Under the pieces are notes generated by a model, which saw only the letters and a program-made list of their open reading frames with translations, was not told the origin of the DNA and did no database searches. Positions 9,700 through 19,621 of a DNA stretch of 64,000 nt are shown in pieces; positions within the stretch are counted from its first letter, which is position 1, and each line of letters opens with the position of its first letter. The translations under genes and the position numbers were made by a program. Source of the DNA: a bacterium (GTDB taxonomy: Bacteria; Bdellovibrionota_C; UBA2361; RFPC01); the NCBI GenBank assembly GCA_030431715.1, contig JAUIIO010000007.1, forward strand, positions 33,756 through 97,755, written 5' to 3'.

Positions 9700-11265
9700 T
9701 TACTTTGAATCTCTGGAAGAGAATTCTTGGATAAATGAAGTAACTGCTTTTGAGAACTCTTTATCGGTATAGTTTCGCTTTTTTTGTTCTCGTCGATGGT
9801 GCGATACCACGCTTTCTTTACGGAGTGAATGAATCATTCCGAGATTTGAAAGACATGCTCCAATAATTGAAAATCTTTCGTTTGGAGAGATGCGTTTATC
9901 GATCTCTTCGAGATTCTTGTATAAGAGTGCCTTATTATCAACATGAATAATATCACCGTTGTCATCGAGTGCATTTTTTAGCGTATATTTATGTTTCTCG
10001 GGAGATGGGCAGGCAAGATCGGCATAGAGGAGACCTGATTCCAGATCGCACTGTCCAAGATCGAGAACAAGAGAACCATCGGCTTCAAGATCGTATCGTA
10101 GAGTGAAAGTTTCTTGCTGATTGTCATATGGCGACACTATAAAAGAGATACGTGCCTGTTTGTTTGTCCCCCCTGTATCACGCGCGAATACGCTCACGCG
10201 AGGTGTTAGCTTACGTCGTTCACCATCCCAGTTTTCAGGAGCGGATCCTTCACATATGGCTTTTGCCATTTCTTTATGAATGTCTGTCATGGTGGATAGA
10301 AATGTGAAGATTTCAATTGCATGCAGATAAGTCGGGACCATCAGTGATGAAGCTTTCAGGTTCTCTCCTTTAAGCTCTGGCAAGAATTCATCCATGATAG
10401 GAAACGTATTTTTCTCTATGACACTTACTATTCTTTCTCTGGAGACTCTTCTATTTGGATATTCTGGCCAGTAGTAAAGACCGGGAATGGTATTTGGATA
10501 ACGACTGTAACAGCCTACCAGTGCGCTCATATATGCAGAAGCCTCAGTTACGAGGCGATCGCTCTCGTCGACAAATGACATGAGAAGCGTTCTTGCTGGT
10601 ACTCTACGCTTTTTAAAATGTGCGTTAAGCGCTGTTTTAAATTCTGTAATAGCATCAAATGCCTGACCAGCATGAAGCCTAAAAGACGCGTAGAGTCCTT
10701 GTAAGTTTACTCCTTGCTCTCTGTGTCCGGTAACGAGTTCACTCTCCGGGTCAGTGATGTTATACGCAGTATGTAAAACATTGTACGCGACAATAGGATC
10801 CGTTCGGACAAGATTTACGAGCAATCGTTCTTCCTCAGAGTCACGCATTTGGACCTGTTCCTTAAAGACTTCGTCCAGAGTCTTATCGCCCGTAGCAAGT
10901 GAGGTAATGAGGGTAAGCTTTACGTAATCAAATGCAAAATCTACTGCCTGCTCACACCAATAGTGATGTTGCTCAGGGGTGATGCCTGCTTCCTCAGCAT
11001 TGGTAAGATTCTTGTCGTAAAGTTCAGCTGAAAGCTCGCGGCGCTCCTGTCTTGTCAGCCCAAATTCATGATTACCATTAAACTCTGAAGTATAGGGTTT
11101 TCGAGTTTCTCCGATCTCAACAACACGCTCATGTAAAGCGAGGCTAAGCGATTTTAAGTACTCTTTTGCCAGTACAATCTTTTCTATATTACGTAAGGTT
11201 CTTTTATCTGTGGGATCCTCATTCTCATGAGAGGAGGTATGTTTGTTAGATAGATTTTGATGCAT
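9700..11265 (-). CDS. hypothetical protein (521 aa)
   Basis: Long ORF starting 2 nt downstream of the stop of 11268-12104 (operon-like); no motif recognised. Confidence 0.6.
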   Translation of the reverse strand: MHQNLSNKHTSSHENEDPTDKRTLRNIEKIVLAKEYLKSLSLALHERVVEIGETRKPYTSEFNGNHEFGLTRQERRELSAELYDKNLTNAEEAGITPEQHHYWCEQAVDFAFDYVKLTLITSLATGDKTLDEVFKEQVQMRDSEEERLLVNLVRTDPIVAYNVLHTAYNITDPESELVTGHREQGVNLQGLYASFRLHAGQAFDAITEFKTALNAHFKKRRVPARTLLMSFVDESDRLVTEASAYMSALVGCYSRYPNTIPGLYYWPEYPNRRVSRERIVSVIEKNTFPIMDEFLPELKGENLKASSLMVPTYLHAIEIFTFLSTMTDIHKEMAKAICEGSAPENWDGERRKLTPRVSVFARDTGGTNKQARISFIVSPYDNQQETFTLRYDLEADGSLVLDLGQCDLESGLLYADLACPSPEKHKYTLKNALDDNGDIIHVDNKALLYKNLEEIDKRISPNERFSIIGACLSNLGMIHSLRKESVVSHHRREQKKRNYTDKEFSKAVTSFIQEFSSRDSK

Positions 11266-11267
11266 AG

Positions 11268-12104
11268 CTAGAACTTGATTTCTCTTCTATACATCGCTTC
11301 CTGATATTTTTCTGAGAGCGTGTAAGTAACGTGAGGTGTTGCTGAAGGTGAGAGCATAAGGCTTGGCCCATCAGAATTGAGTGGAAATCTCGCCTGAAAT
11401 TGTCCCTGTGGCCCCTTGCCATGAAAAGTGAGGAGCTGAGAAGAAGAGCCTTTTTCTATATCGATTTCGTAACCGGTTTGTAAGCTGTATTGGTCAGAGG
11501 AGAATTTTCCGGAAATCTTTGCACGGTTGCTCTGAAGTGAAGTTGTAACATTAAGCTCGTTTGTAAGTGCATCAAAAGTTGAGAAAAACTTAGAGTCCTT
11601 GAGAGTATCGTCCGGCATAAAAGACTGGTGTGCTGCGAGCTCTCTCCATAAATTTTTAAGGTCTCCGCGGATAGTATAGCCCTGATCGTTATATTGAAAG
11701 GTAACTTCCTTGATTCGTACTTGTACTGCTGGATTTTCTAGTTGTACTCCGTTAAATATTGCCTCGCGGTTTAAAACGAGACTAGCGCCAATATCCTCGT
11801 TACCTGCGGCTAGACCAATTCGATCCTTGTGAAATCCAACCCCAACGTTCTCTCCCCACGCAACTGCTCCTACTTCATCCTGACTAAAGAATGAGGACAC
11901 AGCTTTGTCATTGTCACGTACTCCAGCGAAAAAATCCCCACGTGCGGTGGCGCCGAATCCTGCACCTATATTTTCGCGGTAAAGATCAACGCGGTTCGCA
12001 TTTCCGCTAGCTCCTTCATTTTTTGTGGCAAGTCGATCGCCCAGACCCGAAGGAGAGCCGAGCTCTTTGCTCACAAATTTGATGTCGGATTCAATTTCAT
12101 TCAT
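11268..12104 (-). CDS. hypothetical protein with Gly-rich EN(I/V)G(A/V)GF repeats
   Basis: 278 aa. Repeated ENIGAGFG / ENVGVGFH / EDIGASL segments in the N-terminal half. First gene of a two-gene unit. Confidence 0.6.
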   Translation of the reverse strand: MNEIESDIKFVSKELGSPSGLGDRLATKNEGASGNANRVDLYRENIGAGFGATARGDFFAGVRDNDKAVSSFFSQDEVGAVAWGENVGVGFHKDRIGLAAGNEDIGASLVLNREAIFNGVQLENPAVQVRIKEVTFQYNDQGYTIRGDLKNLWRELAAHQSFMPDDTLKDSKFFSTFDALTNELNVTTSLQSNRAKISGKFSSDQYSLQTGYEIDIEKGSSSQLLTFHGKGPQGQFQARFPLNSDGPSLMLSPSATPHVTYTLSEKYQEAMYRREIKF

Positions 12105-12249
12105 ATCTCTGTTATGAGCCGTATCGGCTCATTGTGTTGTTCTGCTGCGAAGTATGGGGTTGTAATTTAGATAATCGTGATTATCTACATGATATAACTA
12201 ATAAAAATAAACCCCAGCACCCTTTGGTGCGCATTTAAGGAGGGGCTAG

Positions 12250-12954
12250 ATGATTGAAATAAGAAAGAGCGAAGATCGGGGCCATGTTGACCATGGCTGG
12301 CTAAAAGCTAGACATACATTTTCATTTGCGTCTTACCACGATCCAAAGCATGTGAGATATCGAGTTTTGCGAGTAATGAATGAAGATACGGTTGCCCCGG
12401 CAAGAGGCTTTGGTACTCATCCACACGATAATATGGAGATCGTTACCTGCGTGCTATCAGGTGAGCTTGAACACAAAGATAGTATGGGCAATGGTGAAGT
12501 ACTTAAAGCAGGTGAGTTCCAAGTGATGACTGCTGGTAGTGGTATCACTCATAGTGAGTTTAATCCTTCACCAGATAATGAAACGCATCTCTATCAGATT
12601 TGGCTTTTCCCAGATGAGAAAGACCTGACTCCTCACTATGAGCAGAAGGCGTTTCCAGATGAGGGTGAAAATAGAAAGCTTCAACTTGTGGCGGCTAAGG
12701 GGCATGAGCAAGAGGGAGCCTTGCCAATACATCAAGATGTCATGCTTTACTTGAGTAATCTTAAGGCAGGAGAGGAGATTTCGTTGCCTCTTGAATCCGC
12801 ACGATATGGTTGGCTCCAACTGCTAAGTGGATCAGTCACGATCGAAGAAAGCCATAGCCTAAAGGCTGGTGATGGTGCTTCTCTTAGTGAAGTAGCTCGT
12901 CCGGTTGTTAAAGCAGCGGAAGATAGCAGGTTTCTATTCTTCGATCTTCCCTAG
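12250..12954 (+). CDS. pirin-family protein (YhhW/YhaK-like, quercetin 2,3-dioxygenase-type cupin)
   Basis: N-terminus RKSEDRGHVDHGWLKARHTFSFASYHDP and GFGTHPHDNMEIVTCVLSGELEHKDSMGN are typical pirin signatures. Confidence 0.9.
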   Translation: MIEIRKSEDRGHVDHGWLKARHTFSFASYHDPKHVRYRVLRVMNEDTVAPARGFGTHPHDNMEIVTCVLSGELEHKDSMGNGEVLKAGEFQVMTAGSGITHSEFNPSPDNETHLYQIWLFPDEKDLTPHYEQKAFPDEGENRKLQLVAAKGHEQEGALPIHQDVMLYLSNLKAGEEISLPLESARYGWLQLLSGSVTIEESHSLKAGDGASLSEVARPVVKAAEDSRFLFFDLP

Positions 12955-12964
12955 TGCCATTCTA

Positions 12965-13369
12965 CTAGCGGGTTCGACAACCGAGCCCGCGTGGCATACG
13001 CATGTCTTTGCAGCCGTGCTTCCGATCTTTTTTTGAGCAACTTCCCGGCTTCCAACCTGAGGGACATCTTTCAGGGGCAGGCCTGCTTGTATGTTGCTCT
13101 TTGTGGCTGTGGTGCTGTGCTCTTTCACGCTCACGTTCTAGACGATCTCTTTCTATCGCGAGATCGCGTCTTTCTTGTTCAAGGCGTTCTCGCTCTCTCT
13201 CGCGGTAGTACCGATCTCTATCGTAGTCACGATTTGAATATGTCGGGCGGTACCTTCCGTCGTCATAGTATCTACCGTTAGAGTCGTACCTACCATAATC
13301 GTTGTTCGTGCAAGCTGAGAAAATAAAAGCAAGAGTTAGAAAAAATGTCAGAGAGAGGATTCGGCTCAT
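12965..13369 (-). CDS. lipoprotein with R/E/D/Y low-complexity core and Cys-rich basic tail
   Basis: Lipobox LAFIFSAC after a signal sequence; GGAG SD before the second ATG (13369); RERERERLEQERRDLAIERDRLERERER tract. Confidence 0.55.
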   Translation of the reverse strand: MSRILSLTFFLTLAFIFSACTNNDYGRYDSNGRYYDDGRYRPTYSNRDYDRDRYYRERERERLEQERRDLAIERDRLERERERAQHHSHKEQHTSRPAPERCPSGWKPGSCSKKDRKHGCKDMRMPRGLGCRTR

Positions 13370-13470
13370 GTCGCGCTCCATTGTTATAACTGCAAAGTAG
13401 TGTAATCGACCGCGTCAGAAAGAAAAAGGAAAAATTCAGATTCTTTCTGGTAAGGTGAGAATGATGAAAC

Positions 13471-14349
13471 TTAGCTCTTAATGAATCCCTGCGTCGAAAT
13501 AGGAATTTTGGGAATCAGGCCACCGAACGCCGGAATAGTTATTCCCAATTGGTCTAATCCTTGACGCAGCTTCTCATAGGTTGAGGGCGCGTTTTTCTGC
13601 ATCGTAGTTAGAAAATAAGGGTTATTTTCTAAGTCCTCTCGAGTAACTTGTAAAAAGTCCCGTATGAGGTAAGGCGAGGAGCTGTTTGGAAAGTTGTTGT
13701 TCGCTTCTCTGGGAGGGCCAAAAACATTGAAGTTCATATCTAAGACGGACCGAATTCCATTTGGAAGATCCGGCTTCCATGTGTCAAGATAGGGGAGATT
13801 AAAGCGTCTAGCGAGCTTATATCTCGCATATCCCTCATCTGCGGTATAGGCAGATAAGTGACACTCTTCGATAAGGAATTTTGAAACCTTATCGTAAAGG
13901 GTGGTACCAAATCCTGAGATTTGAAAAAAGTCCTCAGGGCAGAGCTCGTGTAAGTCTCTTACGGTTTTAACACCAATCTCTTCAAGCCCATCAACTACCT
14001 CTATCCCGATATATGACTCTGCAACGAGAGCAAGTGGCTCTTTCTTTATCTCTTCAGTGAATACAAGAGGTATGGAAGCATTTGATGTGTCTTTTGATTC
14101 TTCAACTCTTAGCGCAACTCTTGCAATTGCCCTATCGCAGGGTGTGTTCGGTGTATCCACGTTCTCAGTGATGTGCGCATTACGATTGGCCCTGTAGAGC
14201 TGCAGACCTAAGAGCTCATATTCCTTATCATGTACCATTGAATCAAATACTTGCTTGTCCGTGATAGGAAGTACGCTTTCTGCGCTACGATTTTCCCCTT
14301 CGTCATTTGACCTACTTGTCGTTGAAACGCTACTCGCCATGTTATTCAT
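13471..14349 (-). CDS. hypothetical protein with helix-hairpin-helix (RpoA-CTD-like) segments
   Basis: 292 aa. GLEEIGVKTVRDLHELCPEDFFQISGFGTTLYDKV resembles HhH / alpha-CTD motifs; weak call. Confidence 0.5.
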   Translation of the reverse strand: MNNMASSVSTTSRSNDEGENRSAESVLPITDKQVFDSMVHDKEYELLGLQLYRANRNAHITENVDTPNTPCDRAIARVALRVEESKDTSNASIPLVFTEEIKKEPLALVAESYIGIEVVDGLEEIGVKTVRDLHELCPEDFFQISGFGTTLYDKVSKFLIEECHLSAYTADEGYARYKLARRFNLPYLDTWKPDLPNGIRSVLDMNFNVFGPPREANNNFPNSSSPYLIRDFLQVTREDLENNPYFLTTMQKNAPSTYEKLRQGLDQLGITIPAFGGLIPKIPISTQGFIKS

Positions 14350-14478
14350 ATGAGACTACTTTAATGATACAGAAGATAAACAGTATGGAGATTTAGCTGT
14401 TTAAGCAAGAATAACGAAGCGAAAACTTTGGGGTATGTCTGTAATTTATTCTAACGTTCAGAATTTACAGAGTTCCCC

Positions 14479-15441
14479 TCATCTTGGAAGAGGAGTCATC
14501 GGTAGGCCTTGAAGCAGAGCAGACTCCTTAAGCCGTGACACGATCGTTTCAAGAAGTGCTGGTCCATCAACATCAAGAGGACTGTCGTGCGAAAGCTTGT
14601 CGTGCATCTGAAGTGATGAACCGTAGTACCCGTGCCGCTCCATATGCAATTTCATCTGTTCAAGGTCGCGAGATGAAATAATCCGATCATTTGTTGATCC
14701 AAAGATGAACATAGGAATATCTACTTTTTGGGGGGACACTTTAGCCGGGAATATCGCCTCTCTAACCGCGAGGCTAGATTCAGATGAGATGTATTGATCG
14801 CAAAATTCCTGAGCCGTCATAGAAGCTAATCGTGAGTCGTTCTCAGAATCACTTGAAAAGAACAGGGAAAGAGTCCTTTCCGGAGCTGATTGAAAGAATT
14901 GTTTGATATTCTTTCTAAGAAGTAGAGCATACGGAAAGGTCAGAGGAGTTGCGCGGTGATTGGTACGCATGTCCTGAAATGTTGCTTGTGTAGCTGAATA
15001 AAGGACACCGTTATGAGGAACAGGATTTACCAAGACGACACTCGAGACCGTATCGGGCAGTTGGCCACTATGTAAGAGGTCGTAGAGTATTCTTCCTCCC
15101 ATAGAATGACCTATACAAACTATATTGCGAGCTTGCTCGGTAACCTTTTCCAGCGTAGCGAGCACATCCTCTTTATAGTCCTGTATGGATAATTGATTAA
15201 GCTCTCTAAGAGATGTTATGGGCGTTGAATTTCCATGGCCTCTGTAGCTTAGTGCCGCAGAGCGAATGCCATCATTTAGGGCAAGCTGGGTACTCCACTC
15301 ATCGAAAAAATTGGCTTGATGAGCTACTCCGTGGCAAAAGAGAATAAAAGTATCAGAGAGGATCTTATCTGGAAGGCAGGCCTCTCGAAACTCTAGTCCG
15401 TTATCATGTGTAATATGTGTTTGATCTGAAACAGTAGCCAT
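14479..15441 (-). CDS. alpha/beta-fold hydrolase
   Basis: Nucleophile elbow CIGHSMGG, an upstream HG-type oxyanion region (FCHGVAH) and a size typical of the family. Confidence 0.8.
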   Translation of the reverse strand: MATVSDQTHITHDNGLEFREACLPDKILSDTFILFCHGVAHQANFFDEWSTQLALNDGIRSAALSYRGHGNSTPITSLRELNQLSIQDYKEDVLATLEKVTEQARNIVCIGHSMGGRILYDLLHSGQLPDTVSSVVLVNPVPHNGVLYSATQATFQDMRTNHRATPLTFPYALLLRKNIKQFFQSAPERTLSLFFSSDSENDSRLASMTAQEFCDQYISSESSLAVREAIFPAKVSPQKVDIPMFIFGSTNDRIISSRDLEQMKLHMERHGYYGSSLQMHDKLSHDSPLDVDGPALLETIVSRLKESALLQGLPMTPLPR

Positions 15442-15496
15442 CGAAAAACGGAGCGCTCTAAAGTTTTACTGAGATTAGTACTGTTAGATTTTAGAA

Positions 15497-16636
15497 TCAA
15501 TCAATAATTCCATCTGTGTACTTGCGAATGAATGCAAGATTGTCTGGAGAGGTTATGTTTGCCCATCTTGAGATGTCAGAGCGTTCATAGCCGGGTAGTG
15601 CACAATTATAAGCGTCACCATTTGATACTATCCCCGCCAGTACCCACTGCGAATCGCGCCATACTGCGAGTGGTCCGCCGGAGTCTCCGTAGCAGGTATT
15701 TCCTTTTGTAATATCTTGTGAGTTATATACAACATCAATCCCGTCGTCCTCTACTCTCGTTAGGGTGTTTTGTGTCCCTCGTAGCTGGCGATACTGATAT
15801 GTTTCACTCGCTCCGAATCCAGCAAATACAGCAGATTCACCTCTTTGAAGATCGTTTTGAGTAAGTATCTGAATGATATTTGTTTGAATGCTATCCTCTA
15901 AGTAGAGGATAGCTATATCGTTTTCTTCGCCATTTCTATATTTGGGGTGCATGACACAACCTGAGACCGCTCTCCTGATTCCAGTACCATTGGTTACAGA
16001 AAGCTGTTCACATGAGATACCTTCCACACAGTGGGCTGCTGTGAGAATGACCTTTTCAGCAATTACGTTCCCTGTACAGTATTGATTGCCACGAAAGTCT
16101 ATTGGAACAATCGGAGTATCATTGAAATTACATACTGCACCATTAACGATACGGAGATGACCATTTTTAGTATACCTAGGGTCTTCTTGAGCGCTGTAGG
16201 CGGTTGTACCAAATGCTTCACAGACATCTGAGAAGAGCGGGTTGTTGTAACCATAGTCTTCATATCGACACGAGGACTCTTGATACGATTGGCAACGGCG
16301 AATTCCTTTCTGTACTTTTCGTAAAATACTGGCATCCGATATTGTGCGTAGCACTATGCTTCGATGACCTTTGCGTCTGGCTCTTGAGCGTTCGCGCTGA
16401 ACCTTTCGGAACTCATTCTTTGTAGATCTCTTGGCTCTTCGAAATGTAGTGCTTTCCTGCAAACTATCAACAAGCTCTCCTCTGCATCCGTTAGAACTTT
16501 TATATTGACGACAAGAGTACATGAGCCCTTCGGGACCGTAGGGTATATATGGTACTTGTGATAAGACGGGCTGCGAGAAAATAAATTGCGCTAGTATTGT
16601 AGCGCTCAAAAGAAGAATACCGGCGTTCTTAAACAT
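15497..16636 (-). CDS. secreted trypsin-like serine protease (peptidase S1)
   Basis: Catalytic triad contexts LTAAHC, NDIAIL, GDSGGPL; signal peptide MFKNAGILLLSATILAQFIFS; long basic pro-region. Confidence 0.9.
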   Translation of the reverse strand: MFKNAGILLLSATILAQFIFSQPVLSQVPYIPYGPEGLMYSCRQYKSSNGCRGELVDSLQESTTFRRAKRSTKNEFRKVQRERSRARRKGHRSIVLRTISDASILRKVQKGIRRCQSYQESSCRYEDYGYNNPLFSDVCEAFGTTAYSAQEDPRYTKNGHLRIVNGAVCNFNDTPIVPIDFRGNQYCTGNVIAEKVILTAAHCVEGISCEQLSVTNGTGIRRAVSGCVMHPKYRNGEENDIAILYLEDSIQTNIIQILTQNDLQRGESAVFAGFGASETYQYRQLRGTQNTLTRVEDDGIDVVYNSQDITKGNTCYGDSGGPLAVWRDSQWVLAGIVSNGDAYNCALPGYERSDISRWANITSPDNLAFIRKYTDGIID

Positions 16637-16958
16637 AGAGAGTGGCCTCAGTAGCAAATAAGTAAATTAAGAAAACCGGAGGAAAAGGGATGTAAAAACG
16701 GTAGGAGAATCTCCAACCCATTATTCTACCGTGAGCATAGAGCTAAGCAATTAAAAGATAGATCAGGGCTTTCTGCCGCCACAGAGATATCGATTAAGCC
16801 TTTGTAATCAAATGTTAAAATGGTTACTCGAACTGTGGTTCCCTAGACGGATTCGCCTTTTATAAGATCTGGCTCCTAAATTGCATAATCCTAATATTGA
16901 GAAGCAAAGAAAGTTTGTAGCTAAGAATTTTTCGTAGTCGCCCAAAGGAGCCTTAACT

Positions 16959-17147
16959 ATGCATATTGCCCTTATTGAATCAGCCGAGAAGACACACGCA
17001 ATAAACATGGTCCAGAAGTTCGCCAGTTCTTTTCTTACTGGCTTTCTCTCTGCGCTTACCCTTGGGAGCCTTGTCTCTGTTCCAGACTATGGATTTTTGG
17101 GTGGATTGGTTCAGGAATTCGCCGCATACATATACGCGACACTTTAA
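16959..17147 (+). CDS. possible small hydrophobic protein (62 aa)
   Basis: AAAGGAG SD 8 nt before the ATG; followed 20 nt later by a good hairpin terminator; no homology recognised. Confidence 0.3.
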   Translation: MHIALIESAEKTHAINMVQKFASSFLTGFLSALTLGSLVSVPDYGFLGGLVQEFAAYIYATL

Positions 17148-17167
17148 GTACTGACGTGGAGTGGTTG

Positions 17168-17205
17168 GGCAGAGACGTCCTTGTCTCTGCCGCATATTGT
17201 TTTGA
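17168..17205 (+). terminator. hairpin terminator between convergent genes
   Basis: Perfect 9-bp stem GGCAGAGAC / GTCTCTGCC with a 6-nt loop, followed by GCATATTGTTTTG; lies between the 16959-17147 (+) and 17213-17713 (-) genes. Confidence 0.5.
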
Positions 17206-17212
17206 AATAACC

Positions 17213-17713
17213 TTATTGTAGCGGTATTTTGTCAAAGCGGAACTCTGCCGTGCGAAAGTCGCCGCCTCGTGGCCGCCCCTTGTAGTGGAGTCGGGCTGAG
17301 ACGTGTTGGAGCTCGTTGACGCCGGGCTTTGTGCCGTACACGTCTAATCTTACGAGCCACTTTCGTTCATCGTAGCGAGACTTTCGCCACTCGGTTTTGA
17401 ACCTGCCCTTTATTGGCCACAATTCACTTAGACCGTAAACGAGCTCAAGGCTTGGATTCAAGGCGCTCACCGGAAAGCCTCGTTCCGGAACAACTTCAAA
17501 GTAGAGTGTGACCATAGTGGGTACAACCGGATCTCGTTTTGCTCTAACAAATCTTAGAGAAAGTTGCTCACGGCGCTTTACAGCACGGCTTGAGACAGCT
17601 TGCGGATCGGTTAATGTAGGGCTACTTGATCTCTTTGCTGCATCCGATCTCTCAGCGCAAACAAAGAGAGAGAGAAACACCGCGAGAGTCGCTGTGACTT
17701 CCTTACCAAACAT
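17213..17713 (-). CDS. secreted hypothetical protein (166 aa)
   Basis: Signal peptide MFGKEVTATLAVFLSLFVCAERSDA; no domain recognised. Confidence 0.55.
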   Translation of the reverse strand: MFGKEVTATLAVFLSLFVCAERSDAAKRSSSPTLTDPQAVSSRAVKRREQLSLRFVRAKRDPVVPTMVTLYFEVVPERGFPVSALNPSLELVYGLSELWPIKGRFKTEWRKSRYDERKWLVRLDVYGTKPGVNELQHVSARLHYKGRPRGGDFRTAEFRFDKIPLQ

Positions 17714-17792
17714 GTCAAACCTCCTGAAAGGACCTGTAGAAAAAACGGGTCCTCACTATACCTATCGCTTAAGAATATTCAAATAGCTTGCT

Positions 17793-18167
17793 TTATTTTT
17801 TTAGCGGAGGTCTGCCGAAACGAGTTCGATACGTATTTACTTTATCTAAGATGGAATCAGTAAGTATATAAGATAGTGCTTTCTTCTTGCCAGGAAGGGA
17901 TGTTAGCAATATGCCTAGAGCAATCGTAAGTAGCCCCTGACCGGGGATAAAGAGCATAATAATTCCTGCAAGTAGGATAACTCCTCCAAGTAAGTTTGTG
18001 AAAAGTGTTAAAAAAACCTTCCATGCAAGTGAGCGTTGTCGTTGGTCTGATTTTTCATCTGTTTCGCACAGGTAATCCTCGGGGAGTAGCAGAAGGGCAA
18101 GCGGTGGAAGGAGTAGCGTAATAATGAATAAACCGGCAGTGAGCGCGGCGAGCTGTGTCTCGTTCAT
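17793..18167 (-). CDS. small membrane protein, PGPGW-like
   Basis: LLAGIIMLFIPGQGLLTIALGILLTSLPGKKK resembles the PGPGW transmembrane family. Start overlaps the cls stop (TAATG). Confidence 0.55.
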   Translation of the reverse strand: MNETQLAALTAGLFIITLLLPPLALLLLPEDYLCETDEKSDQRQRSLAWKVFLTLFTNLLGGVILLAGIIMLFIPGQGLLTIALGILLTSLPGKKKALSYILTDSILDKVNTYRTRFGRPPLKK

Positions 18168-19621
18168 TAGAGTACTGGAGAAAAAAGCCTAGCTACCTGT
18201 TGTGGAATCATTTTTAGATAAGGAGTCTGAAGAAGATGCTCTGATATCTCGTGCGACTTCTTTTTTTCACCTTTAAATATCTCTTGAAGCTCTAGAACTT
18301 TTCTCTCGTTGGCTATAAAGACACTCTCTTCAAAATTTAGGTGAAGGGAACGATTATCGAGGTTGGCACTTCCCACAGAAGCAAAATCATCATCAACGAT
18401 AATAAGCTTTTGGTGAATAAAACCTAGCGAATATTCAAAGATGCGAGCGCCAGACTGAGCGAGCTCTCGTGCTGAAGCCCTCGTTGCGAGGTGTGCTATT
18501 CGAAGGTCTGTTGTCTCTGGAATGATAAGTTGTACATCTATACCTCGAAGTGCTGCCAGCTGAAGAGTGGACATAATAACATCATCGGGAGTGAAGTAGG
18601 GGGTTGTGAGCCAGAGTCTTTTTTTCGCAATACGTATTAAGTTCATGAGATAGAGTGAGCAGTTATCGATCTCATCAATAGGGCCTGTTGCCAGAGGAAG
18701 AAGTGATATGTCTTCATCGTGAATTTGTGATTCCCACTTAAAATCAGGCAGGGAGTCTGCCCCCCAGTACCAATCCTGTGCCAATGTACGCTGAATCGGG
18801 ATAACAGCTGGTCCCTGTATGATAATGCTTAAATCTTGCAGGAAGCCACACTGAGAATCGCCCGTTCGATAGTTATCTCCGAGATTGTGGCCTCCAATAG
18901 AAGCCCATGCTCCATCAACGACCATGAGCTTTCGGTGATTTCTAAAATTAAGACGAAATCTATTGGTAAGTCCTCTATTCGTACAAAACTCATTTATTTC
19001 TACACCTGCCTCCCTGAGTTCTTCAAGATAGCTATGAGAAAGATTCATGCTTCCTACCTGATCGTACATCAGATAGACGCGTACTCCTTCTGCTGCTTTT
19101 TCTATAAGACGTTTTTTAAGCTCTTTGCCAGTTTCGTCCTCATATATGATATAAAAGTGTATAAGAATGTAGTCTTTTGCTTCACTGATCTTTTGAAAAA
19201 ATTTCTCAAAAAACTCTTCTCCGTCGGGATGTATCGTGAGGGTGTTCCCGTGCGTCAGTGGCCAATCAGCAATTTTTTCTAAGAATTGAAGGTCAAAGAC
19301 ATATTCCTCCGGTATTTCATTTTGTGAGCTTCTTATAGCATCAAGCGTACTCCGAGTGAGATCGGTAAATGCGTTTCTGGAATTACTTATCTTTCCTTTG
19401 TAACTCTTAAATTTTCTTGGACCAAAAGCCCAGTACGCGGGAAGAGCAAAGTAGGGGAAAAGGGTAAGAGTGATTGCCCAGGCTACTGCTCCTTGAGCAG
19501 ACCGCTGATGCATGGTCGCATCAATTGCGTGTAGTACTCCTACTATATGTATTATTGGTATAAAGAGTGTAGTCCAGAGCCAGCCAGGCCAGCTAATGGT
19601 GGTAGCAATCCCTTCAATCAT
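18167..19621 (-). CDS. cls: cardiolipin synthase (PLD superfamily, two HKD motifs)
   Basis: N-terminal TM helices plus HRKLMVVDG...GGHNLGDNY and IHQKLIIVDD...GSANLDNRS. Confidence 0.9.
   Translation of the reverse strand: MIEGIATTISWPGWLWTTLFIPIIHIVGVLHAIDATMHQRSAQGAVAWAITLTLFPYFALPAYWAFGPRKFKSYKGKISNSRNAFTDLTRSTLDAIRSSQNEIPEEYVFDLQFLEKIADWPLTHGNTLTIHPDGEEFFEKFFQKISEAKDYILIHFYIIYEDETGKELKKRLIEKAAEGVRVYLMYDQVGSMNLSHSYLEELREAGVEINEFCTNRGLTNRFRLNFRNHRKLMVVDGAWASIGGHNLGDNYRTGDSQCGFLQDLSIIIQGPAVIPIQRTLAQDWYWGADSLPDFKWESQIHDEDISLLPLATGPIDEIDNCSLYLMNLIRIAKKRLWLTTPYFTPDDVIMSTLQLAALRGIDVQLIIPETTDLRIAHLATRASARELAQSGARIFEYSLGFIHQKLIIVDDDFASVGSANLDNRSLHLNFEESVFIANERKVLELQEIFKGEKKKSHEISEHLLQTPYLKMIPQQVARLFSPVL

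Noticed and set aside
12968-12990. GCGGGTTCGACAACCGAGCCCGC, a tRNA T-arm-like GGTTCGA string
   Set aside because: There is no acceptor, D or anticodon arm around it. It is a simple 9-bp hairpin (one G-T pair) after the pirin stop, lying inside the 3' end of the convergent lipoprotein ORF. At most it is a weak terminator without a U-tract.
18836-19282. Antisense ORFs inside well-supported genes (18836-19282 in cls; also 3918-4358, 43249-43545, 54971-55411, 28564-28878)
   Set aside because: Each lies opposite a gene with strong family motifs. Their translations are low-complexity or Cys/Ser/Arg-rich without signals, so they are typical shadow ORFs.
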